Origin: Coniocarpon cinnabarinum
Lineage: Eukaryota
Reading direction: 5' to 3'
Assembly: GCA_051942205.1 (NCBI GenBank)
Contig: JAVECO010000006.1
Span: 1-64,000 of the forward strand
Length of the DNA stretch: 64,000 nucleotides
Below are positions 1 to 11,608 of the stretch, one piece after another. The notes beneath the pieces are model-generated. The model saw nothing but the letters and a program-made list of their open reading frames with translations. It did not search any database and was not told the origin of the DNA. The translations under genes and the position numbers were made by a program. Within the stretch, counting starts at the first letter, position 1; every line of letters starts with the position of its first letter.

Positions 1-2450
1 TTATTATAGATAAGCTTATAAAGTATTTATACTTTATTCCTATAGTTATAGCCTTAACTATAGAAAGATATATATTTCTTATATTTAGATATATAATATC
101 CTAATATAGAGCACTAAACTAAATTATTTTTAATTAAGGTATACTATTTACTTCTTATTTCTAGAGATTACTTATATTACTTATAAAAATTAAGTAAAAA
201 TTAAGTATATTATTCTACCCTTAAACTAATAGATAAATAGAGCGAATAAACTAGATACTTAAAGAATTTCTTTAAAAATATATAAATTATAAATAAGATA
301 ATTAGGTGTTACTACTACTATTAGCCTAATTTATCTATAATTTAGTAGTATCTAAGATAATAAAGAAATTACTATTCTTTTTAATTTATAGAGTCTAACT
401 AAACTTAATAAACCTATATATAGTAGAAGATAAGCTTACTAAAGCTATTAAAATCTCTATAAAAGAGTTATAAGATCTATATAAATAGCTTTACCTTAAC
501 TATAAAATTACTAATAAGCGTATAACTATATAAGTAAATAAGCTTAAATCTAAAGGACTAGATCTTAAGAAAGAGAATAGTATTTACCTCTAAAAAAAAA
601 ATATTAAGACCTAAAGACCTAGTAATAAATTAGATTATACTAAACTAGGACCTTTTAAAATTAATAAGAAACTAGGACTAGTTATATTTAAGCTCTAACT
701 TCTAATAACTATAAAGATTTATCTAGTATTCTATATTTTACTATTAGAACTAGTACTAGCTATCTCTATATAAGGACCTATTCTTCTAAATAAAGATACT
801 TAGTAACTAAAATATAAGGTTAAGTTAATACTTAATTACTAAACTTTATAGAAATAACTAAGATACCTTATTAAGTAGAAAGAATAGCTAAATAGTAAAA
901 ATACTTAAAAACTAATTAAGAACCTAAACTACTACTAGAACTTATTACACTAGTACTAATTATAGTATTTAAATCTTTAATAGTAGTACTCTTAGCTATA
1001 AAGCTAAGACTACTACTAGACACCTAACTAACCTCTTTCTAATAAGCTAGGTTCTTCTTAACCTTTAGTAGATAGTTATATCTTATATAACTTATACTAT
1101 TCTAATTAAGATTAAATTATTTCTAATCTAATATATTCTTTTAATAAAGTAAGTTAAGCTTCTTTTTTATATAACGCTTATCCTCTAACCTCTCTTTCTC
1201 TTTAATATTATAATGCTACTTAGTAATCTTATCTTAACAAGCAGCTAAAAAGTTTACTAAAGAATTATATTAATAATATATAGCCTAACTAGATAATATA
1301 TATACTATTTATATCTATTATATAAATATTATATTTTAGATAACTATTCTTATAGGGCTTATAAGTAGTCTTATAAGTAATATACTAATAGAACTAGTTT
1401 TTTAATTTATAGTTTAAATATAAAAGTATATTATTAATAATTAGCTTGCCTATTTATTAAGATTATTTTAAAGTATATTTAAGAATAATAGGCGTAAGAG
1501 GTTTATAAGGTTCTTTAACAACTTTTAAAATACAACTACTTTATATAATACTATTAGTAGTATTCTTATAAGAAGGTATAATAGCTTACTAATATAAATA
1601 TAGTAATAATAACTATTTATATACTACGCCTTAGTTATTTAAGATAAATAACCTATAGAGAGGCTAATATTATGCTATACCCTATTAGTAGTATAAGAAT
1701 TATATATACCTACGTTAAAGTACGCTAATATACTAGACCCTAATATATTAGGACACGTCTATCTATAGAGCTATAAATATATAGATTATATAGGCCCCTA
1801 TTAACTCTATTACCTCTAAGTAATAGAGGCAATAGAGTAGATAAGACTATAGTATATTTATTTATACCTTAGTCTATATAGCTAGATAGTAAACTTACCT
1901 CTCTTAAGTTTAATATTATTCTAATTTAGATTTAACCTAACTTATAGTTAAAACTTATAACTTAATTACTTAATAGTTATAATATACTAGTACTTTTTTA
2001 AGTAGACGTGCTACCTACTAGATATTCTTTACCTAGGGCTATATAACATATATATTAGTTATTCTTCTATCTACTATACCTATTAGTACTATTCCCTATA
2101 ACTTACCTTATTAGCCTAAAGCCTTCGCTATAAAGCGTACTCTACTCTACTAGGCTAACCCTAGGTAGAGGTTCCCACGTAGGCGTTACAGCGTCGCAGT
2201 AGATATAGAGCTATATAGTTATAGTAGTAAATTTAAATAGATTAGAAGTAGATTATAATCTAGGCTTTAGATTTAGTAGACCCTAATCTAAAAAGTAGAA
2301 TTAAAAGAATTACATAGACTCTATAAATTATATAGACCTAGTCTACTAAAATTTTTACTAATAACGCAAGTTTTTATAATATATACGCGAGCTACGTAGT
2401 AAATAGATTGCGTTCTTAGTAGGACTATAGCGGCGGGCCCTATTATGACA
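1..2450 (+). mobile_element. RIP-degenerate Ty3/Gypsy (chromovirus-type) LTR retrotransposon relic, 3' part, plus a flanking AT-rich repeat fragment
   Basis: Very AT-rich with strong TpA excess and an abrupt switch to normal GC after 2450. Allowing for RIP transitions, + strand gives integrase motifs (IIDKLIKYLYFIP ~ VVDRLTKYAHFIP; FYP*TNR*IERIN ~ FHPQTDGQTERMN; KLDYTKLGPFKI GPF/Y motif) and a chromodomain-like stretch at ~810-930 (YKVKLIL...RYLIK*K). Stops are TAA/TAG. Confidence 0.9.
1668..2190 (+). repeat. putative 3' LTR of the Gypsy element
   Basis: Purine-rich PPT-like run (agagagg, ~1657-1663) followed by TATTATG (RIP form of TGTCACG/TGTCATG); matching end CGTTACA at 2184-2190. Partner LTR is not in the window. 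Confidence 0.5.
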
Positions 2451-3208
2451 GTGGTAGCAAGGGCTAAGCCAAAAAGAGTGTGTGTCGGAGATCATACCGT
2501 ACAGGACTGCAAAAATGATCTAGTGAGATCTCCAGGAGTCCAGCCGGTGGATGCTGCAGTCCACGCGCCAAAAAAAGACTAGTTCCTCGCGTGCAGCCAC
2601 TGTTACGGTTCCGCAAGCAGCCTGTTCGAAAGCAGTCTCCCTGGACACGTAGATGCGGCTTCGGCTTACGCATATATGCACAGTGCGTCATGCTACAGCA
2701 AGACTTGTCCATCGTTGTGTAGAGGTTACATACACACGAAGACAAGCTATTGCACAGTGACTGTCACCGACAGTATGGCACACACATACGTTTGTCGACG
2801 AGTCTTCCAAATTGGCAAAACGGGCCACGTCTCAATGGAGGGCGACGGATGTCCTCGGATCAGATTTTATGGTAGGCGACGCTTCCGAACGTTGGCACAT
2901 CTTTTTGCCATGCACATCCGCCTGACGTGTACAGCTGAACTCAGCATTGGTTGGAGTGCAGGACCCACACATTTTATGAACACTTGTATCGAAGGGTTGA
3001 TTAGACCAGTGTTTTAAATGGTTGTAATGCTCCCCTTTCTTGCAATCTTTGCTGGTCTTCCAGCACCTCTCTTCGTTCAACAGCTCTACGCCAACTTGTC
3101 GCAATCTCATTTTCTCTCACAAAGTTGCCGTGAGCTTCAAAATTGAACAACATCGCCGGCTTTTACTGTGTTAATATCAACGTCGTACGATCTCCGTCTG
3201 CCTACAGC

Positions 3209-4036
3209 ATGAGCGAACAGCCGAAAAACCCCCCACTCACCGAAGAACAGAAAAAGCAACATAAGACACTTGCTTCCATCCTTCCTGGACTTGGATTTCA
3301 CGACCCAAGAGCGCATTTGGCCTTTAGACTGCATCATCGCGACAATGGCGGTGAGGCTGCGGTGAACAGACACGAAGGCGATGACGGGGAGAAAATGCGG
3401 AAATGGTTTGAGAACGACGTGCCGCAATCCGTGAAGGACAGAGTACGTCAAAGGTTTCCGTCCACGGCATCTCGGGCAAATGTGCCTCAACAAAGTACAG
3501 TCGCCTCCTCAAGCCGTAATGTACCGCCCGCGGCAGTGGCAAGCGCCTCCACGGGCCATGCTGCTGCTGCTGCACCAAATCCAGCATCGTCCACGAGCAC
3601 TTACCAACTGAACTTTGTATCATGCCTAGAGGAGAGGCCGGAGAAGAAAGGAGAAGAGACGTGGTTTCCAACGGACGCTCAGCTCAGTCCTCTAGAGCAC
3701 TTGGCGGGTACCCAACCCCGATACAGTCGGTCGGCAGCGAGGACTGCTCTCAACAACCACCTTGTTCAAGCGGGGATCGAGCCGCGTCGGACCGCTCCGT
3801 ACCGGGACGGCGCACGCTATGCCGGTCAATACTGGTGGAAACTCTTTCTCGTGGATGCGAAGTTTCGCCGCTCAACTGAAGAGGAAGTGATGACAGCCGC
3901 CTACGTTGACGATTTGGTCAGGCGAGGATGGCTTCGTGAGTGGATACTGTTTCATGCGGAGCGAAAGGAGGCATTAAGCTACGACGTCACAGCTGCGGTG
4001 GCTATAAACGCCAGAAGATCCAGGGGTGCCGCGTGA
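3209..4036 (+). CDS. hypothetical protein (~275 aa), intronless
   Basis: Long open frame (track 3143..4036 begins at TTG; first ATG 3209); protein-like composition with an Ala/Ser/Pro linker between two globular-looking parts; no family recognised. Confidence 0.6.
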   Translation: MSEQPKNPPLTEEQKKQHKTLASILPGLGFHDPRAHLAFRLHHRDNGGEAAVNRHEGDDGEKMRKWFENDVPQSVKDRVRQRFPSTASRANVPQQSTVASSSRNVPPAAVASASTGHAAAAAPNPASSTSTYQLNFVSCLEERPEKKGEETWFPTDAQLSPLEHLAGTQPRYSRSAARTALNNHLVQAGIEPRRTAPYRDGARYAGQYWWKLFLVDAKFRRSTEEEVMTAAYVDDLVRRGWLREWILFHAERKEALSYDVTAAVAINARRSRGAA

Positions 4037-4576
4037 AAAACTACGAGGGATTTGCATATGGATTCAAATACGTGTTGCACGGGCAGTCGGAGGTGGACTA
4101 AAGGCTATCCACTCCTCCCCCGGTACTCTTCTCACGGGCCTCACTTCTAGTCCACTTGTCTACTGCCTCTCCAGCACTGTTTGAACTCTCGCCACCATGC
4201 GATCAATTGACCGTTTTGCTATGCGGATCGAGCCCTCCGGTCCAGGTTCACTCTTACACACCGGTTCTATTTAGTTACTGGGCTGTTCTTTATTCATCAT
4301 GGTAGCTCAGAGCGCATACCGGAAGTCACGTAGCTTGCGTAGGACTGGTATACACTCGCTCAAGCGACGTGGCCTCATCGTTGTGACAAGAGACCTCGAC
4401 ATCTTGAGTAAATACACAAGCTTTTGCGAGACACTTGCTTCGCGCACGGGCATCCCTCCCATGCTTGCATTGCTTGCATTGCCAGAGATATGTACACAGT
4501 AGCTTCGTCCCCTCAGCGCCACATTATCCGTCATTTCATTCCTTACATTTCATTGCTTATACCTTGTAATGTATCC

Positions 4577-6365
4577 TCAACTCTGCGTCGGCATGTTGGT
4601 GCTCGCCTGTGCTCCGACCGCATCCTCGCTTCGCCACAAACTCGTCACCGTCTTCGTCTGCGTATAGAAGTTTAAACCGCTCTTACCGTAAAATGTGTTC
4701 GCCCCGCCTCCTGCAATGCTCTTTTTGTTTCCCGTAAAACTAAACATAGGCAGGGGCACTGGTATCGGCACATTGACGCCCACTTGTCCAGCCTCAATCT
4801 CTCGCTGGAACCGCCCTGCGGTGGCACCCGAATTCGTGAATACTGCGACACCGTTGCCGTATTCGTTCTTGTTGATGAGAGTTATGGCATCGTCGAGAGT
4901 GGGCACGTTGAGACAGACCAGTACCGGACCGAATATTTCTTCGGTGTAGCACGTCATGTCGCCGGTGACGTCCGTGATGAGCGTTGGACCTATCCAGTTG
5001 CCGTTGGGAAATTTTGCTGGCTTGTATCCTCTTCCGTCCAATAGAATATTGGCACCTTCTTTCTCAGCAGTACCAATAATGTATTCAATGCGCTCCCGTG
5101 CCGCAGGGGAGATGACGGGACCCAAATCGGCACCTGCTTCAAAGCCGCCGTTCACATTGAGCTTGCGGGCGCGCTCGGCGAGTTCAGGAAGCCATTCTTT
5201 CGTATTGCCAACCATGACAAGTGTGCTCAGTGCCATACACCTTTGGCCCGCAGCCCCAAAGGCTGCACCCGAAATCGCATTCAACGTCGCGTTCTTGTTG
5301 CAGTCGGGCAAAACAGCAGCGTGGTTTTTTGCACCTAGATTTGCTTGAACACGCTTGCCGTTTGCTGATGCCCGCTGATAGATGTACTCGCCTGCCCTGT
5401 TCGATCCGACAAAGGACACTGCCTTGATTCGTGGTTCGTCAAGGATGAAATCGACGGCACGCGCGGAGCCGTGAATCACGTTTACCACGCCTGCCGGGAA
5501 ACCAGCCTTTTCGCAGAGCTCCGCCAAGATCATCATTGCGCCGGGATCACGCTCGGAGGGCTTGACGATGATGGTGTTGCCGGTTATGGTGGCAAGAGGA
5601 ATGGACCACAGGGGAATCATCGCAGGGAAGTCTGCAGCAGTGATAAGTAGAGAAGCTCCGGAGGAGACGACTGAAGGGGAATCAAGACATACTAAAGGGG
5701 CATATGGCAGCCGTGACTCCCAAGGGCTCTTTATAGGAGCGGGTCTCCATGTCTTTGGCTACTTCAACGACTTCGCCCTGAATCTGCGTCGTGATGCCAC
5801 ATGCCGTCTCTGCGACTTGCAGACCTCTCAGCACATCGCCCTTGGCATCTTGGAAAGTCTTGCCCTGCTCCAATGTGATGCTCGCGGCGAGTCGGTCCCA
5901 ATGCTCACGTATGAGCGCGACAAAGCGGAACATGATCTGCTGCTTGCTCAGGAGGCTTGTCGCCTTCCATGCAGGGAACGCCTTCTCGGCACTATTCACT
6001 GCGGCTTGCATCTCCACATCTGTTGACTGTGGTACGCGCGTGACAAGATTGTTCGTGGCGGGGTCGTGAAGATCTATCCATTGGGTTGCAGAGGATGCTG
6101 AAAAGCGGTTATCAATGAAGTTTTGGGTATCGTGGACCTGCGTGGGAGCATCATGTGTCGTCTGGTAAGACGTCAGGGTTGACGCCGCAGTCGTGGACGC
6201 TGCAGCAGCGGCTGTCAGATGGTTTGTTGTTTGATGAAGCCTGCGAGAAGCGGTTGCAGGCACTTGAGGCATTCGTGCGCGCTCGCGTCTGAGGCGTGAC
6301 GATGGTGTCGCTGGCGAGATGAGCCTTGGTTGAGCAAGCCTGACGAGCCCTCTTCGACAAGCCAT
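4577..6365 (-). CDS. mmsA: methylmalonate-semialdehyde dehydrogenase (ALDH6 family), mitochondrial
   Basis: Two ORFs joined by intron 5632-5692 (GTATGT...GCAG) restoring [15 protein letters not shown]; motifs [32 protein letters not shown]; Arg-rich presequence. Confidence 0.95.
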
Positions 6366-6840
6366 TACGCTATGTTTGTAGGAGCGAAGAGTAGAGGTTC
6401 ACGACTCTCAGCGCCGACGCTTCTTATGACGAGACACGCACGAGAAGATGACGTCCGAGCTCGGCTGTGAAGCCCGTCGGTACCGGAGCGTGCGGAGCAA
6501 GGTGCGGTGGGGCTGATCTACTTGGTCTGTGCTCCAATGGCTGCTTGAGTGTGTGGGTGTATACAAGGGGCCAACATAACATTGAGTGTGAATGCAGTAT
6601 CAGACGTATTTCGCGAGGCTAACGAACAAGGTACCCACCGAGAGTGTTGTGAAGAATGGTATTGTTTCAAAATGTAACCGCACAATTCTCCGCCATCTCA
6701 CCTACGCACGGGGCCTTTCCCCTCACTCGAGCAATCAATCCGCCGAGTCCTTTGTTCCTCATCTCGCCTTCATCGGCAAGTGCTGATTGTGGAAGCTTGT
6801 GTCTGAGTCTTCCTTCAATTGCAATCACGTATATGAAGCA

Positions 6841-8817
6841 TCACTGCTCAGCAGCTGCGCTTGACCGGGTGGTTCGCTTGTTCACTTCTTCCTTGGTCTT
6901 CTCGACACCGCTAGAAGCCGCGTCGGCAGCCTTGTCCTTTGCATCAGATGCCTTGTCGGCAGCTTGTCTGGCTTTCTCTTGGACCTGCGGATTCTTTGCA
7001 GCCCCTCCAATACCACCAAAGAGGATGGCGAGAATGGTGACAAGCAGCACGCCAGCGGCTCCAGCAACCTCGGGCACAGTCCTGACGGCGACGAGGGGGT
7101 CTTGCTGAACGAGATCGAGGAACAGCGTAGTCTTGTCACGAATGTAGCTAACGGGATCCTCAGTGAATGTGCTCTCCCCAGCCGGTTTCGGCTTTTCGGC
7201 TTCAGCTTTCTTTTGGTTTGCGGCTTGTTCGGCCTTCTCAGAAGCAGACTTGATGTCCCAAGTCTCTTCCTTGATCTTGGTAGCGTCATCAATGGAGTGG
7301 CCGATATAGATGTTGTCAAACAGACTACCCAGGGTTAGTACTGATGCAAGTTTTGGAGTAGCTTCGTCACTGCACTCACATATTGGCTTGCATGGACCAA
7401 AGCTCAATACCCAGAGCACCAATAGGTTCAAATGCAGAGACATCCTTGGCTTCGAAGAAATCGGGGTTCTTGATCTTGCGAGGCTTCCACACGCCTTGGT
7501 ATGCAGGGTTGTCAATCATCGGTGGGCTCCATTTGCCCTTGTAGTCAGGATTCTTTTTGGTGGGGCGCTTCCATTCGCCGCAACCAGACGCTTCTTGACA
7601 TTTGGGATTCGGGACCTTAGGTGGCTGCCAGTCGCCATCCTCTTCGTCGTCCCAGTCCTCGGGCTTCTCGGCCTCCGGGTCGTCGATCATTTGGGGCTCA
7701 TCGTCAAGCCAGTCGTCTGGCTTCTCAGCTTCTTCATCTGGAATCTCATATGGTGCGTCCTCATCCCAGTCTTCAGGCTTCTTGGCTTCAGGGTCTGGGA
7801 TTTTGGCTTCGTCGACCCAGTCGTCAGGCTTCTTGTCTTTCGGGTCGTCAATCTCCTTAGGTGGCATGACTGATGGTGAAAAGTCATCCAACAGGGTACC
7901 GTTCTTCTTCGAAACGCCATCAATTTGGACCTCAAAGGAGTTATCGGGTTTGACGACGAGGGTGTATAAGTGAGACAGCTTGTCGTTGACAATGGATGGA
8001 GCGCCGGTCATGTGCTTTTCCTCGTATTCTCCAGTCTTGGGGTTCTTATGCTTGAAAATGAAGTGCACCTACGACGCGTTAGCACAATACATCAGCTGTG
8101 GGTACCTGGGCTGCAAGCTTACTTTATTCGTGGTGCCGCACTTGTCAGGGCCAAACATGATCACGTAGGGCGAAGCATTGGAGAATTCTTCCTGTTTCAG
8201 AGCCTTCGTGTCCTTCAAGAGCTTCATGTAGGCACCACCACATTGTAACTCGTCTGGCGCATGTGAGTGGAAGCTCCTAGCAGCATGAGCAATGCCCTCT
8301 AGTTGTCCACATACCTTGGAGCTTCGTCTCGTACTGTACAACAAGGGTCTTACCCTTGTTGTCGATCTTTTTGGGAAAGATGGACGATATGGCATGGTGA
8401 GCAGCCTTATCTTTGAGGACGAGGCCCTTATCCTCCTCAATACCTTTCAGGACGACAGGCTCCTCAACCTCCCAATTGCCAACATATGCCCATTCTTCAT
8501 CAGTGTCTTGATCGGTTTCCTTCTTTGCGTGCGAGGGTTTCCATCTTGTATCCCAATCATCTGTGAACTGCTCGAAGAATGGAGCATTGATTGGCAGAGG
8601 CTAGGACAACGTCAGCTGCTTAGGTAAGTTCAAACGACAGTGCGCCTGCGTGGGTACTCACGGTGAAGGTAGGCTTGCTCAAACCTTCGCTTGACGAAGC
8701 CGAGGGCGTAGCGCTGGCCGAGGATGAGGATGAAGACGATGAAGACGAGTCGTCAGCAGTAGCAAGGGGAGCTAGGTATGCCGCGGCCGCCGCGATAAAC
8801 GCGGGATTGAACCGCAT
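6841..8817 (-). CDS. CNE1: calnexin (multi-exon)
   Basis: Signal peptide [40 protein letters not shown]-domain repeats KPEDWDE; C-terminal TM segment; several introns. Confidence 0.95.
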
Positions 8818-9635
8818 GTTGAATACCCTTGTATGTTCAAGACGGCCGACACCGTCTTCAGCAATTGATGGCAAGCCGCAGACGATTGTGAACTGGGGCT
8901 GAGAGGAACCGAAATTTGGAGATGAATTCAGGTCAGTGGTGGTTGGCAAGCTGGGGAAAGCAATGGGCAACCAAAGACAGACCTTCCGCAACGGGACATT
9001 GGTGATCTTTGTTGCCAGGTGTCCTTTACGTTCCCTAGGAATGATGTATTGACGTTACCGAATTGTCACCATGTTGTATCCGGAAACTATCCATTAAAAT
9101 ATTGCCTGCGTCGCTACGTTGCGAGTCCGTTTGAGATTCTCCTGTTGCCCGCCACCTAGACAAGGTATCGTGGCTCGGACAAATTGCAGCGATCGCCAAT
9201 TGTACTAAACATCGTACAGTGCGGTGGATGAGCAGACTTGCGACTAGTCTATCTAGGTATTACATTATTTCTTCTATGATGTGGGCCTTCTTGATCTCGC
9301 CAAAGCTCTTTTGCATATATGTACAGTGCTTTGTCAATGGAATTTCATGATTGCGTAGCGTCACGCAATGAAATGTGAAACGCTGAGCGGGGTTATCCTT
9401 GTCCTAGCCCGCGTCTCCTTCATCTGTCCAAATGTGTCGTCTTCGAGGCACCCGTGAGAGCCATCTCACTTGAATCTCGAGCCTCGGCGCGTGCAAACTC
9501 TGTGATTGTGAGTGGGTTGTACAGACATTTAGTTTGCCCTCGAGATACTCAGATCAATGATGTTCTGAAATGCGGCGTCGCGAACGGGTGATCGCAACAT
9601 GAATGTGGTCTGTCTGGTTACTTGTCTGCTCTTAT

Positions 9636-11608
9636 TTACGTGTCATCAATCTTAGGAAGGGCGGGCTGTCGCGACATGTCATTTTTAGATCGTATTGCAT
9701 ACGTGGACAAGCCTTCGGATTCGCTCGAGAATCGCGAAGGGTTGCCAACTGGTCTTGAAAAGTTTGTAACTGGGTTGTGATATATGCCGTCAAATGCCCC
9801 CGTCGGCGCAAGCTCTTCATCATAGTAATTGGTATTTTCGATTCGAGTCAGAGGGGTGACAAGTTTCGCGGGGCTCGCGGGGCTGTTCATGCTCATCGCA
9901 CTGGCTGTAAGATTTGAGCCGTAAGGGGAATCGTTCGAAAGCGGCGAGCCAATCGAGCTGAGTTCAATATTTCCTTCTTTGGTGGCGGAGAGACGATGCG
10001 CGTCCAGAGAGACAAACTCATTCATCTCCCGAGACTGGCGAAGCCTGCCTCTGCACACATTCAGCCAACCTGTAAGCATCTGCCATCGACAGATCAGGAA
10101 AAAGGCTTCGATGCCGACAATCGCTAAGAGTATAAGTACTGCGATGAGCAGGCTTTGGTTGACTGCTAGAGGCTTAGCGAGGTGGAGGCAAGCATTCTTG
10201 TTCTGCTTGATCACCAGACCTAGACCGATCAGCGGATTGTCGGAGGTACGACTCAAGGGCAGAGCTTACACTCCAGCCACGGCTCCAGTGACTCCGGGTT
10301 GCGAATAGTCGAGGACATTTGTTGGTCCAGGATGGTATAGACCAGCGAGAAGAAGATGACGTCGGCAACAACAATGATGGCAATCGCAAGACCCCTCCAT
10401 TGTAATCTGCGGTCGCCTGGTCAGCTTTGCCTCAAAGAGCTTCGAACGAAGTGAAGCTTATGCGAAACCGTCGCTGCACTTACAGCACGACCTTGCGGAC
10501 TCTGTGGATAGGGTGTGTCAGTCCAGGTTTTGTCATAGCTAAGCAGGCCAGCTGCCTCATCGTTTTCACACACGGATACTGACGCACCTTCGAAATACAG
10601 CCCGAGCACTTGCACTACGAAAGCTCGTGAGTGAAGATTCAGCTTGGCTGCTATGAGTGGAGGGTTTGACCACGCCCAACGAATGTTTGATATAGACATT
10701 GAGACAGTAGGCAAAGCTGCCGCAACAGTCAGTTGAGCGGCAAGCATGCAAGACCTTGCGCACGGCTTGATGACATACGTGGAAAGCTGCAGACACAGCG
10801 ATATACCGGCTAGAGCCAGAAGCGGTATCCAGAGCGGTCCCAAGGAAGCATGGGAATTGACGTGACAGTAGTCACCAAATCGGAAGCTGACTCCTGAAAT
10901 CGACATTTCCGTTGACAGAAGTGTCACGCTCAACGCCCATCCAAAAACCTGTGCGGCCCAGAAGAAGTTCCTGCCCGGCTCAATGCCCCAGCAAATCTGT
11001 AGATGCATTGACAAGGCCCTGATCAGGATCCACATGTTGATCGCCGCTCCTCCGAAGACGACCATTGCGCCGCCAACGGCGCAGACGCCACTCGTATGCT
11101 CGCTGTTGGGAGTGATCTCGTTGTAACATTTCTCCGGTTTGTTTGCCCAAGGAATGATGAAACCGAGCTGCAGGATGACGATGCCGATAATGAGACAAAC
11201 ATTGAGATAGTGACGGCGTGTAGTCTCTGCGGGCAGTAACATGAAGGAAATCAACATGAAGGCGCACAAAGCTAATGCGATGACGTTGATGTATCCGGCA
11301 ATGCGCGTCTGTGAGTAGAAGTTATCGGAATAGATAAGGTCTTCAGCCGGGCATGGCAAGCAGCAAGATTGACCTGCAGAAACTCATCAGCGCTGTCTGC
11401 AGATGCAAACAGGAGCAGAAGATGAACACTGACCATTTGCAACGCCCGCTATGGTCGCACAATATCTACCAAGAGTATCTAACACCTGAGTAAGAAAACG
11501 ATGCGCAGTTCTCATTCGAGCATCCTTGCACCTACATCCTTCGTTGGGAAACAAGGATTCCTCAAGAAACGGCGGCGGACAGCTTCCCGACAGAGGAGAA
11601 GATGTCAT
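9636..11608 (-). CDS. fungal 7-TM G-protein-coupled receptor, GprM-like (multi-exon)
   Basis: N-terminal CPPPFL...CCLPCP Cys motif, multiple hydrophobic helices, RRHYL and WILIRALSMHLQICW motifs; exons spread across track ORFs 11387-11608, 10421-11359, 9636-10256. 3' end uncertain. Confidence 0.75.
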
